The notes below the pieces were generated by a model. It ran no database searches and was not told the origin of the DNA. It worked only from the letters and a program-made list of their open reading frames with translations. The translations under genes and the position numbers were made by a program. Of a DNA stretch of 36,325 nucleotides, positions 8,706-18,232 are shown one piece after another (within the stretch, counting starts at the first letter, position 1; each line of letters starts with the position of its first letter). Source of the stretch: a virus (lineage: Duplodnaviria > Caudoviricetes); IMG/VR virus record IMGVR_UViG_3300016672_000052, positions 1 to 36,325 of that record. One strand, 5' to 3'.

Positions 8706-9413
8706 ATGACTAACCCTTGCCGCCGTCACTTCCAGCGCACCACAGCAGCGGTTGCAGCTGCTGCTGTGGCAGGTCCTGCCATGACCATGGAGGGCGCATC
8801 CGTTTACGAACTGCACCTCGCGAAGCTCCAACAGGACTACCTGCGCCTGAAACAGGTGCAGTCGACCGAAGGAAAAGCGGAACTGAAACGGCAGTTGTTG
8901 CCGGAGTACGGCCCCTATGTCGAAGGCGTTCTGGCCGAAGGCAAAGGCGCGCAGGACCAAGTACTCACCACGCTGATGGTTTGGCGGATGGATGCCACGG
9001 ACTTTGCCGGCGCCCTGGATATCGCGGATTACGTGATTACCCATTCTCTGCTGATGCCGGATCGCTTTGAGCGGACCACCGGCACCATCGTGGCGGAAGA
9101 GATCGCCGAAGCCGCACTGAAAGCCCAGAAAGCCGGCGGCAGCTTTGAACTTGGGTTGCTGCTGCGTACCGCGCAGATCACCGCGAAAGAAGATATGCCC
9201 GATCAGGCTCGCGCCAAGCTGCATCTGGCGATAGGTAAGGCTCTGTCGGCACAGGTTGCTGACGATGCTCCCACGAGCAGCGCCATGGAGCCGCTGGAAC
9301 TTGCCAAGACACACCTGGCCCGTGCCATTGAGCTGCATACCAACTGCGGCGGCAAAAAGGATCTGGAGCGCGTCGAGCGTCTCCTCAAAAAACACACTGC
9401 CCCCGGCAGTTAA
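8706..9413 (+). CDS. M: Terminase endonuclease (small) subunit (gpM)
   Basis: LKQVQSTEGKAELKRQLLP and DMPDQARAKLH motifs. Synteny. Confidence 0.94.
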   Translation: MTNPCRRHFQRTTAAVAAAAVAGPAMTMEGASVYELHLAKLQQDYLRLKQVQSTEGKAELKRQLLPEYGPYVEGVLAEGKGAQDQVLTTLMVWRMDATDFAGALDIADYVITHSLLMPDRFERTTGTIVAEEIAEAALKAQKAGGSFELGLLLRTAQITAKEDMPDQARAKLHLAIGKALSAQVADDAPTSSAMEPLELAKTHLARAIELHTNCGGKKDLERVERLLKKHTAPGS

Positions 9414-9511
9414 CCGAGCGTCCCCACGCACCCCGCCGGCTCGGGGCGGATCGGCCAGGCCGCTCCTCCTGAACGTGAAGCCCCGACCACCGGCGATCTA
9501 TCGGAGCAGTC

Positions 9512-9808
9512 ATGAACACCGCCTTTGCCAACTTCTTTCAGAGTGATTTCACTCTTACGGAATCCGAGCGGCGCCTGTCAGCTGCGGCTGAACAGTACAT
9601 CGCCGAGACAGAGGCTTACGACCGCAGCGTCTGCTCCGGCCCAATCCAACAAGGCTCCATCATGCCGGCCGGTTCGCACGAGTTCGGCCTCGTGAATCGG
9701 AACGCCATGCGAGCAATGGACCGCCTCTGTACACAACATCCCGAATTCACCCGGCAGCAGATCCTGCGCGAAGTTTCCCGCGCAGACATCCGAGGCCCAT
9801 CCAATTGA
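9512..9808 (+). CDS. Hypothetical protein inserted between M and L (98 aa)
   Basis: GGAG RBS and ATG. Stop overlaps the TTG start of L. Confidence 0.7.
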   Translation: MNTAFANFFQSDFTLTESERRLSAAAEQYIAETEAYDRSVCSGPIQQGSIMPAGSHEFGLVNRNAMRAMDRLCTQHPEFTRQQILREVSRADIRGPSN

Positions 9809-10266
9809 GCGCGTTCGTAGCCAGCGGCCCAGTCACCGGCGGGCATATCAATACCGACCCGTTCTGGCCCTCAATCGACCTTGAGCAACTGCGCGCCACC
9901 CTGCGCATCGACAACAGCGTCACCCCGGCCCGACTGGAAACTGCCGTAATCGCCGCTGCCATCAACCTCAACCGTGAATTGAAGTCGTGGAAAGCAAAGC
10001 AACTGGCTGCCGGCTACGCCAAGTTGGCCGACGTACCCGACGACAAGATCAATGACGTGTCGGTCCAAGCCCACCTGTACCGCCGTGCGATCGAGGCCGG
10101 TACCGGCGCCGAAGTCTGCGAGCGATACCGCGACTACAGCGCTACCAACACCGGTAGCGATAAGGCCCAGGAAACCACCCCGACCATCGACGACTACCGC
10201 CGCGATCTGCGCTGGGCAGTCCGTGACTTCCTCGGTGTAAGCCGCACGACCGTGGAGCTGATCTGA
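9805..10266 (+). CDS. L: Head completion/stabilisation protein (gpL)
   Basis: FWPSIDL, LYRRAI and RWAVRDFLG...TVELI motifs. Confidence 0.93.
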   Translation: MSAFVASGPVTGGHINTDPFWPSIDLEQLRATLRIDNSVTPARLETAVIAAAINLNRELKSWKAKQLAAGYAKLADVPDDKINDVSVQAHLYRRAIEAGTGAEVCERYRDYSATNTGSDKAQETTPTIDDYRRDLRWAVRDFLGVSRTTVELI

Positions 10267-10478
10267 TGCCCGTCACCGTCCGCACTAATCAAAACGAAAC
10301 CGTAGACGCCCTTTGCTGGCGGTTCTACGGCCGCACTGCCGGCGTAACCGAAGCGGTACTTGATGCCAACCCAGGCCTGGCTGACCACGGCCCGATCCTG
10401 CCGCAAGGCCTTCTCGTCAACATGCCCGAAGCCCAAGCCAGCGCGCCCCAGCGGCAGATGGTGCAGCTATGGAACTGA
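10266..10478 (+). CDS. X: Tail protein X (LysM-like)
   Basis: ETVDALCWRFYG...VLDANPGLA...VQLW. Confidence 0.94.
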   Translation: MPVTVRTNQNETVDALCWRFYGRTAGVTEAVLDANPGLADHGPILPQGLLVNMPEAQASAPQRQMVQLWN

Positions 10479-10505
10479 CCCTCTGCAACCAAGGAAAACC
10501 ACACC

Positions 10506-10859
10506 ATGGCTGATCCAACTTCCAGCGTTGTGACTGGTCTGCTCATCGGTTTGGGCCTGTCCACCGTAACGCCCGTCATCGACGACGGAGCGTTATTCGG
10601 CGCCATCCTCGGCGCCTGGCTTGTTACCAGTACCAAGCGTGATCTCAAAGTCTGGCAGCGGCTGGGCTCACTTTTCCTGTCGGCCGGTGTGGGCTATCTG
10701 TTCGCGCCCATGGCACTACAGGCAATTCCGTTTATCACCAGCGGTGGCAGCGCTTTTGTCTGTGCCCTGGTGGTCATCCCGATCAGCATCAAACTGATGG
10801 TTTGGGTGGAAAAGGCGGATATCTGGGACATCTGGCGTCGCATCAGAGGGGGCACCTGA
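10506..10859 (+). CDS. Putative holin
   Basis: Three to four hydrophobic segments and a basic C-terminus. First gene of the lysis cassette. Confidence 0.8.
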   Translation: MADPTSSVVTGLLIGLGLSTVTPVIDDGALFGAILGAWLVTSTKRDLKVWQRLGSLFLSAGVGYLFAPMALQAIPFITSGGSAFVCALVVIPISIKLMVWVEKADIWDIWRRIRGGT

Positions 10860-10860
10860 T

Positions 10861-11139
10861 ATGCCGAACATCGAACTGGCCGTGCAGTTGATCGCGGCGA
10901 TCGCTTACCTGCTGAGTGCCCTGCGCCTGGCCTGCTATACCCGAGGCGACGCGCGGTACCGGCGCAGCATCTCTCTGCTGGCAAGCCTGTTTGGCGCCAC
11001 ATTGTGCATCTGCGGTCTGGAGATCCTGCTGGAGCGCCAACCCACCAGCCTCGGGCAAGCCGCTGCCATCGTGCTGCTCTGCATCCTGATTTTCCGTTCA
11101 CGCGGCAATGTCGCCGCCCTGTTGAGGCCCAGCGCATGA
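10861..11139 (+). CDS. Second holin-family membrane protein
   Basis: Three TM segments and RSRGNVAALL tail. Precedes the endolysin. Confidence 0.8.
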   Translation: MPNIELAVQLIAAIAYLLSALRLACYTRGDARYRRSISLLASLFGATLCICGLEILLERQPTSLGQAAAIVLLCILIFRSRGNVAALLRPSA

Positions 11140-11981
11140 CCACCACCCTTCGCCATGGCGACCGCTCGCAAGCGGTGCTGATGTTGCAAAAGAACCTCAT
11201 CAAGCACGGCGCCAAGCTGGTACCAGACGGACACTATGGCGATGCCACTGAATCCGCCGTGCGTGCGTACCAGGCGAAAGCCGGCCTGGTCGCCGATGGC
11301 GTCGCCGGTACCAAGACGCAAACCAGCCTTGCAGGCGGCGACTGCGCCCAGTTGCTGCGCAACAACGACCTGGTGGCCGCAGCCGAACGCCTCGACGTGC
11401 CTTTGGCGAGCATCTACGCGGTCAATGAGGTGGAATCCAAGGGCAAGGGCTTTCTCGACAACGGCAAGCCGGTGATCCTGTTCGAACGGCATATCATGTA
11501 CCGCCAGCTCGCTATGGTTCGGCACCCTGGTGATGACCCGGCTGAACTCAAGCGGCACGCCGACCAACTCGCCACCGCCAACCCTGCCCTGGTCAACCCG
11601 AAGGCCGGCGGTTACATCGGCGGTACCTCCGAGCACCAGCGCCTGGCCATGGCCCGCCTGATCGATGACACCGCAGCCCTGGAGTCTGCGTCCTGGGGTG
11701 CCTTCCAGATCATGGGGTTCCATTGGAAGCGCCTCGGCTACGCCAGCGTGCAGGACTTTGTGGCGGCGATGAGTGCCGGCGAATCGCAGCAGTTCGACGC
11801 CTTCACCCGCTTCATTGAAACCGACCCGGTACTGCATAAGGCGCTGAAGGCTCGCAAATGGGCCGAGTTCGCCAAGCTCTACAACGGGCCGGACTACCTG
11901 CGAAACCTCTACGACACCAAGCTCCAGCGCGCCTATGAGCGGCACGCCGGCTGCGAGTGCGGACAAGGGGTGGCGGCATGA
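11136..11981 (+). CDS. Endolysin: PG-binding domain + N-acetylmuramidase (DUF3380-type)
   Basis: DGHYG...T...VRAYQ...GLVADGVAG (PG binding). VESKGKGF, ILFERH, SWGAFQIMG and YNGP motifs. ATGA overlap start. Confidence 0.93.
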   Translation: MTTTLRHGDRSQAVLMLQKNLIKHGAKLVPDGHYGDATESAVRAYQAKAGLVADGVAGTKTQTSLAGGDCAQLLRNNDLVAAAERLDVPLASIYAVNEVESKGKGFLDNGKPVILFERHIMYRQLAMVRHPGDDPAELKRHADQLATANPALVNPKAGGYIGGTSEHQRLAMARLIDDTAALESASWGAFQIMGFHWKRLGYASVQDFVAAMSAGESQQFDAFTRFIETDPVLHKALKARKWAEFAKLYNGPDYLRNLYDTKLQRAYERHAGCECGQGVAA

Positions 11982-12181
11982 TTGACTTCGAAGCGCTGCA
12001 AAAACTGCGGGTGCAGGACGGCGATCTGCTGGTAGTGCCTGAGTCGACCGAACAGAGCGACATGGAACTGTTGGCCGAATCCATCCAGATCATGAATGGC
12101 GCACGCGCTGTCATCGTGCGCGGCCCTATCAAGCTGCTCGACACTGCGGCCATGAACAAACTTGGGTGGTACCGCGCATGA
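11978..12181 (+). CDS. Hypothetical protein in lysis cassette (67 aa)
   Basis: ATGA-coupled at both ends. Confidence 0.7.
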   Translation: MIDFEALQKLRVQDGDLLVVPESTEQSDMELLAESIQIMNGARAVIVRGPIKLLDTAAMNKLGWYRA

Positions 12182-12627
12182 GCACTCTGCGCCAGGCCTT
12201 GTACGGCATCGCCCTGCTCGGTGTCCTGGTGCTGCTGATCTGGGCCCAGGAAACACGCATCGACGTCGCTGAAGGCGAAACCAAGCGGGCACAAGATGCC
12301 GCAAAGACCGCCCGCGACGATGCCGATCGCAACCTCAAAACCGCCAACACCCTCACCGACACCCTGAAACAGGAACGCGACGCGCAGAGCAACCTGCGTG
12401 CCCAGCAGGATCAGTTGCGACAAAGCCTGGCGAAGCGCGAGCGAACCATAAAGGAGCTGAAACTTGAAAACGAAGAACTACGCGACTGGGCTAGCCAGCC
12501 TTTGCCTTACGCTGCTCGCCGGCTGCGCGAGCGCCCCGCCCTCACCGGCGCCGCCGCTTATCGTGACTGGCTGTCCGGCCGTAATTCCGTGCCATCTGCC
12601 GGCGACCAGCCCCCTAAACAACGGTGA
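12178..12627 (+). CDS. lysB: Inner-membrane spanin (LysB/Rz-like)
   Basis: N-terminal TM, long coiled coil, ENEELRDWASQPLP. Confidence 0.9.
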   Translation: MSTLRQALYGIALLGVLVLLIWAQETRIDVAEGETKRAQDAAKTARDDADRNLKTANTLTDTLKQERDAQSNLRAQQDQLRQSLAKRERTIKELKLENEELRDWASQPLPYAARRLRERPALTGAAAYRDWLSGRNSVPSAGDQPPKQR

Positions 12628-12721
12628 CCTCCTGACCGACGAAGACCGCGCCGAAGCGGCCTGGGCTGACTGCGCAGATCAGGTCGACATGGTCTACAAA
12701 CACCAGCAGGCCAATCCATGA
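12464..12721 (+). CDS. lysC: Outer-membrane spanin lipoprotein (LysC/Rz1-like)
   Basis: Lipobox LLAGC, Pro-rich linker, CP...C...NGDL...WADCA. Overlaps lysB in another frame. Confidence 0.9.
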   Translation: MKTKNYATGLASLCLTLLAGCASAPPSPAPPLIVTGCPAVIPCHLPATSPLNNGDLLTDEDRAEAAWADCADQVDMVYKHQQANP

Positions 12722-13200
12722 ACAAGCCCGAAAGCCTTCGCGCTCACCTGCTGGCAACCGTCGCAGACTTCAAACACGACCCCGACCGGCTGTTAATCTT
12801 TATCGACAATGGCAAGGTACGTTGCACGGCCGCACATACACTGTCTTTTGAATACAGCTTTGACCTGCAGATCATCCTCACCGAGTTCGCCGGCCACCCT
12901 GACAGCGTGATGCTGCCAATTCTGGGCTGGCTCAGTGTCAACCAGTCCGAGCTGCTGGAAAACCTCGAAAAGGTCAAAAACGGCATTCAGTTCGAAGCCG
13001 ATATCCTCGACAAGGACAAGGTAGACCTCAGTATTACCCTGGCACTTACTGAGCGCGTAGTCGTTGGCAAGGATGACCAAGGGTTCACCACCGTGAGGCA
13101 CCCGAACGAACCGCAGTACGTGGCGAACTACCTCGATCCGAACTGGACGCCAGGGGCACAAGGCAACACCAGTGAATGGATGGTGCCTAATGGCAAGTAA
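12718..13200 (+). CDS. R: Tail completion protein (gpR)
   Basis: MNKPESLR, SFEYS and LTERVVV motifs. Confidence 0.93.
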   Translation: MNKPESLRAHLLATVADFKHDPDRLLIFIDNGKVRCTAAHTLSFEYSFDLQIILTEFAGHPDSVMLPILGWLSVNQSELLENLEKVKNGIQFEADILDKDKVDLSITLALTERVVVGKDDQGFTTVRHPNEPQYVANYLDPNWTPGAQGNTSEWMVPNGK

Positions 13201-13648
13201 CCTGGAAGCGCTGGAGACCTGGGCTGCGGTCCTGCTCGATCGGCTGGAGCCAGTGGAGCGCAGCAAGCTCGCCCGGAGCATTGGGCAGGAGCTGCGTCGC
13301 AGTCAGCAGAAACGCGTGATGGCTCAAGAGAACCCGGACGGGACCAAGTTTGCACCGCGCAAGCAGCGGAATTTGCGCGGAAAGCAGGGGCGTATTCGTC
13401 GGAAGCTGGCAATGTTCAAGAAGCTGCGTACGGCGTCGTACCTGAAAGCACGGGGCGACAGCAATACCGTAACGGTTGGCGTCACTGGACGAATCGCTCG
13501 GATTGCTAGGGTCCACCAGTACGGTCTGAAAGATCGTGCAGAGCGCGGCGCACCCGACGTCCGTTACGAACAACGTGAGGTACTTGGCTTCACAGATGCA
13601 GACCTTGATGTGATTCGTGATGGTTTACTCGCACACCTGACACTGTAG
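13190..13648 (+). CDS. S: Virion morphogenesis protein (gpS)
   Basis: QENPDGTKFAPRK and IARVHQYG motifs. Confidence 0.93.
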   Translation: MASNLEALETWAAVLLDRLEPVERSKLARSIGQELRRSQQKRVMAQENPDGTKFAPRKQRNLRGKQGRIRRKLAMFKKLRTASYLKARGDSNTVTVGVTGRIARIARVHQYGLKDRAERGAPDVRYEQREVLGFTDADLDVIRDGLLAHLTL

Positions 13649-13662
13649 CCACCCTTCTTACA
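13644..13662 (+). promoter_or_regulatory. Ogr-type late activator site (pV)
   Basis: TGTA-N11-TACA followed by CACGCGCG upstream of V. Confidence 0.7.
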
Positions 13663-13709
13663 AGCCGACGTAGCTGCACTCTCACGCGCGTGGCGCCACC
13701 ATCGGCGCC

Positions 13710-14282
13710 ATGAACGACCTCGCCGCCCTCTCCCGCATGCTCGAAAACCTCATCCGCTTCGGCGTCATCGCCGCCGTGCAGATGGAGCCCCCGCGCGTGA
13801 AGGTAAAAACCGGAACGCTCACCACCGCCTGGCTGCCTTGGCTCGCCCTGCGCGCCGGTGCTGATCAGGAGTGGGATCCGCCCACCGTCGACGAACAGGT
13901 GATCCTGTTCAGCCCATCCGGCCAGCTCGCCAACGGCGTCGTCATCACCGGCCTGCCGAGCGACCACATCCCTGCCAACGGCAACCGTCCCGGCCTGCAC
14001 CGTCGCACCTACGCCGACGGCGCGGTGATCGAGTACGACAGCGTCGAGCATCATCTGAGCGCCATCCTGCCCGAGAGCGGCACCACCAGCCTGGTCAGCA
14101 AGGGCGGGATCAACATCATCGGCCCGATCAATCACCAGGGCGATTACAACCAAACCGGCAACCAGAACGTGGTCGGCCTGGTGACCGTCTCCGAAGACGT
14201 GGTCGCAGCCAACATCAGCCTGGTCAAGCACCCGCACGGTGGGGTGCTGGCGGGCAGCGCGAAGACGGGGAAACCAGAATGA
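13710..14282 (+). CDS. V: Baseplate spike (gpV)
   Basis: NLIRFG, WLPW...RAG, and a C-terminal HxH (HPHGGV) iron-binding motif. Confidence 0.95.
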   Translation: MNDLAALSRMLENLIRFGVIAAVQMEPPRVKVKTGTLTTAWLPWLALRAGADQEWDPPTVDEQVILFSPSGQLANGVVITGLPSDHIPANGNRPGLHRRTYADGAVIEYDSVEHHLSAILPESGTTSLVSKGGINIIGPINHQGDYNQTGNQNVVGLVTVSEDVVAANISLVKHPHGGVLAGSAKTGKPE

Positions 14283-14623
14283 ACCGAGAAACCGGCGCAG
14301 CCATCAGCGAACTGGACCACATAAGCCAGAGCATCGCGGACGTTCTTACCACCCGCATCGGAACCCGAGTAATGCGCCGCGAATACGGCAGCCTGCTGCC
14401 CGATCTGGTGGATCATCCTTTCAACGACGCCACGCGCCTGCGCGTTTATGCCGGCATTGTCATGGCGCTGATGCGTTGGGAGCCCCGTATCAGCCTCAGC
14501 CGTGTGCAGTTCCTCGGCGCGAACCTGCAAGGGCAGTCGGTGCTGGAGCTGGAAGGTTCGGTCATCGACGGCAATGAGCCGTTGAGCTTGAGCGTGCCGC
14601 TGCAAATGGGTGGCAGCGTATGA
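14279..14623 (+). CDS. W: Baseplate wedge protein (gpW/gp25)
   Basis: HISQSIADVLTTRIGTRVMRREYGS and WEPRI motifs. Confidence 0.95.
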   Translation: MNRETGAAISELDHISQSIADVLTTRIGTRVMRREYGSLLPDLVDHPFNDATRLRVYAGIVMALMRWEPRISLSRVQFLGANLQGQSVLELEGSVIDGNEPLSLSVPLQMGGSV

Positions 14624-15531
14624 ATTCTTTTGCCGCTATCGACCTCAGCCAGCTCCCCGCGCCGCAGATCGTCGAGCAGATCGACTTCGAATTGATCCTG
14701 GCCGAGCGCAAGGCTTACATGATCAGCCTATGGCCGATCGAGGAACAAGCGCAGATTGCCGCCCGCCTCGAACTGGAATCGGAGCCCCTGGCCAAGCTGC
14801 TGCAAGAGAACGCTTACCGCGAGACCATCTGGCGTCAGCGGGTGAATGAGGCGTCCATGGCGAACCTGCTGGCACTAGCCAAAGGCCCCGACCTGGACCA
14901 ACTGGCGGGTAACTTCAACGTCCAGCGTCTGGTGGTTCAGGAAGCCAAGCCGATGGCTGTCCCGCCGGTAGCGCGGCTGATGGAAAGCGACGAAAGCTTG
15001 CGGGAGCGAGCGCAAATGTCCTGGGAGGGGCTGAGCACCGCCGGCCCGCGCCAGAGCTATATCTTCCATGCCCGAGGGGCTGACGGCCGTGTTGCCGATG
15101 CGACAGCTGAGAGCCCATCACCCGCCGTGGCAGTGGTCACCGTGCAGGCCCTGCTCGGCGACGGTACTGCCTCGGCCGACTTGCTCGCCGCAGTCAAAAA
15201 ACACTTGAGTGACGACGACCGCAGGCCCGTGGCCGACCGCCTGACTGTTCAGGGCGCGCAGATCCTGCGCTACCAGGTCAAAGCCAAGCTGTACCTGCTG
15301 ACCAGCGGCCCCGAGTCGGAGCCGATTCTGGCTGCGGCTGAGCAAAGCCTGCAGGCGTACGTCAATCAACGTCGGCGCCTAGCGATGGAAGTGTCGGAGT
15401 CGGCCCTGCATGCGGCGCTGTTCGTCGAAGGGGTGCGCAAGGTCGAGCTGGAAAACTGGGTCGATATCGTCGCCACCAAAGCACAGGCGCCGTACTGCAC
15501 CGGCGTCACCATTACACGGGGCGCCGAGTAA
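14620..15531 (+). CDS. J: Baseplate protein (gpJ)
   Basis: IDLSQLPAP, STAGP and RPVADRL motifs. Confidence 0.95.
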   Translation: MNSFAAIDLSQLPAPQIVEQIDFELILAERKAYMISLWPIEEQAQIAARLELESEPLAKLLQENAYRETIWRQRVNEASMANLLALAKGPDLDQLAGNFNVQRLVVQEAKPMAVPPVARLMESDESLRERAQMSWEGLSTAGPRQSYIFHARGADGRVADATAESPSPAVAVVTVQALLGDGTASADLLAAVKKHLSDDDRRPVADRLTVQGAQILRYQVKAKLYLLTSGPESEPILAAAEQSLQAYVNQRRRLAMEVSESALHAALFVEGVRKVELENWVDIVATKAQAPYCTGVTITRGAE

Positions 15532-16148
15532 TGGGCGCGCAGCAGCTGGTGCCGAGAAACTCCACGCCGCTTGAGATCCAGGCTGCACAGGCGCTTGCGG
15601 AAATTCAACGCGTTCCGATCCCTTTACGGGATCTGTGCAACCCGAACACCTGCCCAGCGGTGGTGCTGCCCTACCTGGCCTGGGCCTTCTCCGTCGATCG
15701 CTGGGACAGCAATTGGACCGAAGCCACCAAGCGCGCAGCCATCCGTTCATCCCGCTACATCCACGCGCACAAAGGCACCATCGGCGCCCTGCGCCGCGTG
15801 GTTGAGCCACTGGGTTACCTGATCGAGGTGATGGAATGGTGGCAGACCGTGCCGGAAGGCGTTCCCGGCACCTTTGCCTTGAAGGTCGGCGTCCTGGACA
15901 CCGGTATCACCGAAGAAATGTACCAAGAGCTGACCTGGCTGATCGATGACGCCAAGCCACTCACCCGCCCACTAACGGGCCTGGCGATCAGCCTGGAAAG
16001 CACCGGCACCGTTTTTATTGGGGCCTGCGTGTACGAAGGCGACGAACTCAGCGTTTACCCACCGACACAGCGCGACATTGACGTAAGCGGTGTGACCCGC
16101 ATCGGTGGCCGCGAACATCATATCGACACGATGGACATCTACTCATGA
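15531..16148 (+). CDS. I: Tail protein I
   Basis: CP...LPYLAWAFSVDRWD and HKGTIGALRR motifs. Confidence 0.95.
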   Translation: MGAQQLVPRNSTPLEIQAAQALAEIQRVPIPLRDLCNPNTCPAVVLPYLAWAFSVDRWDSNWTEATKRAAIRSSRYIHAHKGTIGALRRVVEPLGYLIEVMEWWQTVPEGVPGTFALKVGVLDTGITEEMYQELTWLIDDAKPLTRPLTGLAISLESTGTVFIGACVYEGDELSVYPPTQRDIDVSGVTRIGGREHHIDTMDIYS

Positions 16149-18229
16149 CCGATCAAAACAGCCAGTTCTTCGCGATTCTCACCGACATCGGCAGAGCCAA
16201 GCAGGCCAACGCGACTGCCCTCGGCACTACGTGGACCTTTGCCCAGATGGCCGTGGGTGATGCCAACGGCACAGAGCCCATTCCCAACAGCTCGCAAACC
16301 AAGCTGATCAACGAACGCCGCCGGGCACCGTTGAACCAAGTGAAGGTCGACCCAGCGAATGCCAACGTGATCATCGCTGAGCAGATCATTCCCGAGAGCG
16401 TTGGCGGCTGGTGGGTTCGCGAGCTTGGCCTGTACGACGCTGCCGGTGACATGGTCGCGGTAGCGAACTGTGCTCCGACATTTAAACCGCTGCTGGCACA
16501 AGGATCAGGCCGGACGCAGGTAATTCGAATCAACCTGATCGTCAGCAACACGGCGAACATTGAGTTGAAGATCGATCCGAGCGTGGTACTGGCAACACGC
16601 GAGTATGTCGACCTGGCGGTCACCGAGGTTATGTCGCGGCTCGACTTCAAGCACTCGGTGTTGGTGGCCACCACGGCGAACATCGTGCTGAGCGGGATTC
16701 AAACCGTCGACGGTGTGTTACTTGCGGCAGACTCACGCGTTCTGGTGAAAGACCAGGCGCAGGCGAAAGACAACGGTATCTATGTCGTGCCGGCAGCCGG
16801 CGCCTGGAAGCGCGCCCAGGATGCTGACGCGAGTGTCGAGGTGACGCCGGGGCTGTTCGTCACCGTCGAGAAAGGTACTGCAAACGGCGACAGCGTTTGG
16901 CAGCTCGTGACGGATGCGCCGATTGTGCTGGGTACCACCGCGCTGACCTTTGAGGTCGTAGCAGGGCGCACGGGGGTTGTCGCTGGCACCTACCGAAGCT
17001 TGACGGTGGACAAGCTCGGTCGCGTTATTGCTGGTACGAACCCCACTACTCTTGCTGGGGCGGGCATTGCCGATGGCCTCTCGTCTACGCCGCAGGGGGT
17101 TCTCACTGGGGCAATTGCTGATATTGCTAAGCATGATGTCGGGGTTTATTCCGGCCCTACGACCGACAAGCCCACAGCGGGCGGTCTTTATATGCGGTGG
17201 AAATATCCAGGCGCAAATCCACTGGCGTTCGATCTTTATGCCCATATGGCCAGCGGCGCGGACACTTTCGGATTTAGGCGAGTCGGTTCGGACGGACTTT
17301 ATATTTGGCGTGAGGTTTATCACTCCGGCAACTTTGACCCGACTTCAAAAGCCGATAAGTCGCAGCTTGGAACGGCTGCTGCTCTTGCATCTACAACTTC
17401 AACGACCGACGCAACTGCTGGTCGCGTGCTTCGAGTTGGCGATTTTGGTTTGGGTGGGGCGCTCGCACCCGGTGTTACCGGCGGCGACTGTAATAACATC
17501 GAAGCGACAGGTATCTACTCTATTGCTGGGGCCACCTTGAACGTGCCGGTGGGTGCTATATCTGGCTCAATGCTCTTACACATGAACTATTCGACGGCTG
17601 CTGGTAATCGAACCGCGACCCAAGAGATAGTTTCAAGGGGCAGCTCACGGAAATGGTGGCGTTCACGATCTGTTGATGTATGGGGGGCGTGGGTCGAGGC
17701 GGCGAATAGCGGCGTAAACAGTAACATTACCGCCCTTACTGGTCTGACTGAGCGACCTTCGTTTGGGGGGAACTTGGCGTGGGACGCGGGGAACTTCAAC
17801 CCTTCGATAAAAGTGAGCGGTGATAGATCGAACGCAGCGGGTTTTGTTAATGGTGATAAGGCCCTGCCTTACATTCGCCATACAGACAACACTATTGTTT
17901 ATTTGCAGGTTGATCGGCCCAAAGATACCGCGCTACTTACGGCAAATGGCTGGAGTAAGAACGCAGACACCGGTGAAATTACTCAACGAGCAGAGGTTGC
18001 TATTGGCGACTCCGTTGGTTCAATGCAGGTGTCAGTAACCTGGCCTTTTCAATTCCCGACCAAATGTTTGAGGGCGGATTATTCCTTAAGAGTTGCAAAT
18101 GGCTCTCCTATTGCAATTATTGCGGGGTTTTATGACATCACAACTACAGGCGCCACGGTAAAATTCGAAGAGCTGAACTCTGCTGTTCAGTCAGGTTTGG
18201 TTTTAATGGTAGAGGCCGTGGGGTACTAA
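16145..18229 (+). CDS. H: Tail fibre protein (gpH-like)
   Basis: P2 H-type N-terminus (MAVGDANG, GGWWVRE, KIDPSVVLATR). Mosaic, lower-GC C-terminal half ending in a WPFQFP...AVGY tip domain. Confidence 0.93.
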   Translation: MTDQNSQFFAILTDIGRAKQANATALGTTWTFAQMAVGDANGTEPIPNSSQTKLINERRRAPLNQVKVDPANANVIIAEQIIPESVGGWWVRELGLYDAAGDMVAVANCAPTFKPLLAQGSGRTQVIRINLIVSNTANIELKIDPSVVLATREYVDLAVTEVMSRLDFKHSVLVATTANIVLSGIQTVDGVLLAADSRVLVKDQAQAKDNGIYVVPAAGAWKRAQDADASVEVTPGLFVTVEKGTANGDSVWQLVTDAPIVLGTTALTFEVVAGRTGVVAGTYRSLTVDKLGRVIAGTNPTTLAGAGIADGLSSTPQGVLTGAIADIAKHDVGVYSGPTTDKPTAGGLYMRWKYPGANPLAFDLYAHMASGADTFGFRRVGSDGLYIWREVYHSGNFDPTSKADKSQLGTAAALASTTSTTDATAGRVLRVGDFGLGGALAPGVTGGDCNNIEATGIYSIAGATLNVPVGAISGSMLLHMNYSTAAGNRTATQEIVSRGSSRKWWRSRSVDVWGAWVEAANSGVNSNITALTGLTERPSFGGNLAWDAGNFNPSIKVSGDRSNAAGFVNGDKALPYIRHTDNTIVYLQVDRPKDTALLTANGWSKNADTGEITQRAEVAIGDSVGSMQVSVTWPFQFPTKCLRADYSLRVANGSPIAIIAGFYDITTTGATVKFEELNSAVQSGLVLMVEAVGY

Positions 18230-18232
18230 TAA

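Noticed and set aside
9512-9526. MNTAF start shared by ORF 9512 and the PrtN-family ORF 34660
   Set aside because: Similarity ends after five codons. Treated as coincidence.
10483-10508. CTGCAAC upstream of the holin RBS as a fourth leader repeat
   Set aside because: No closing G-C pair or stem, and a different RBS block.
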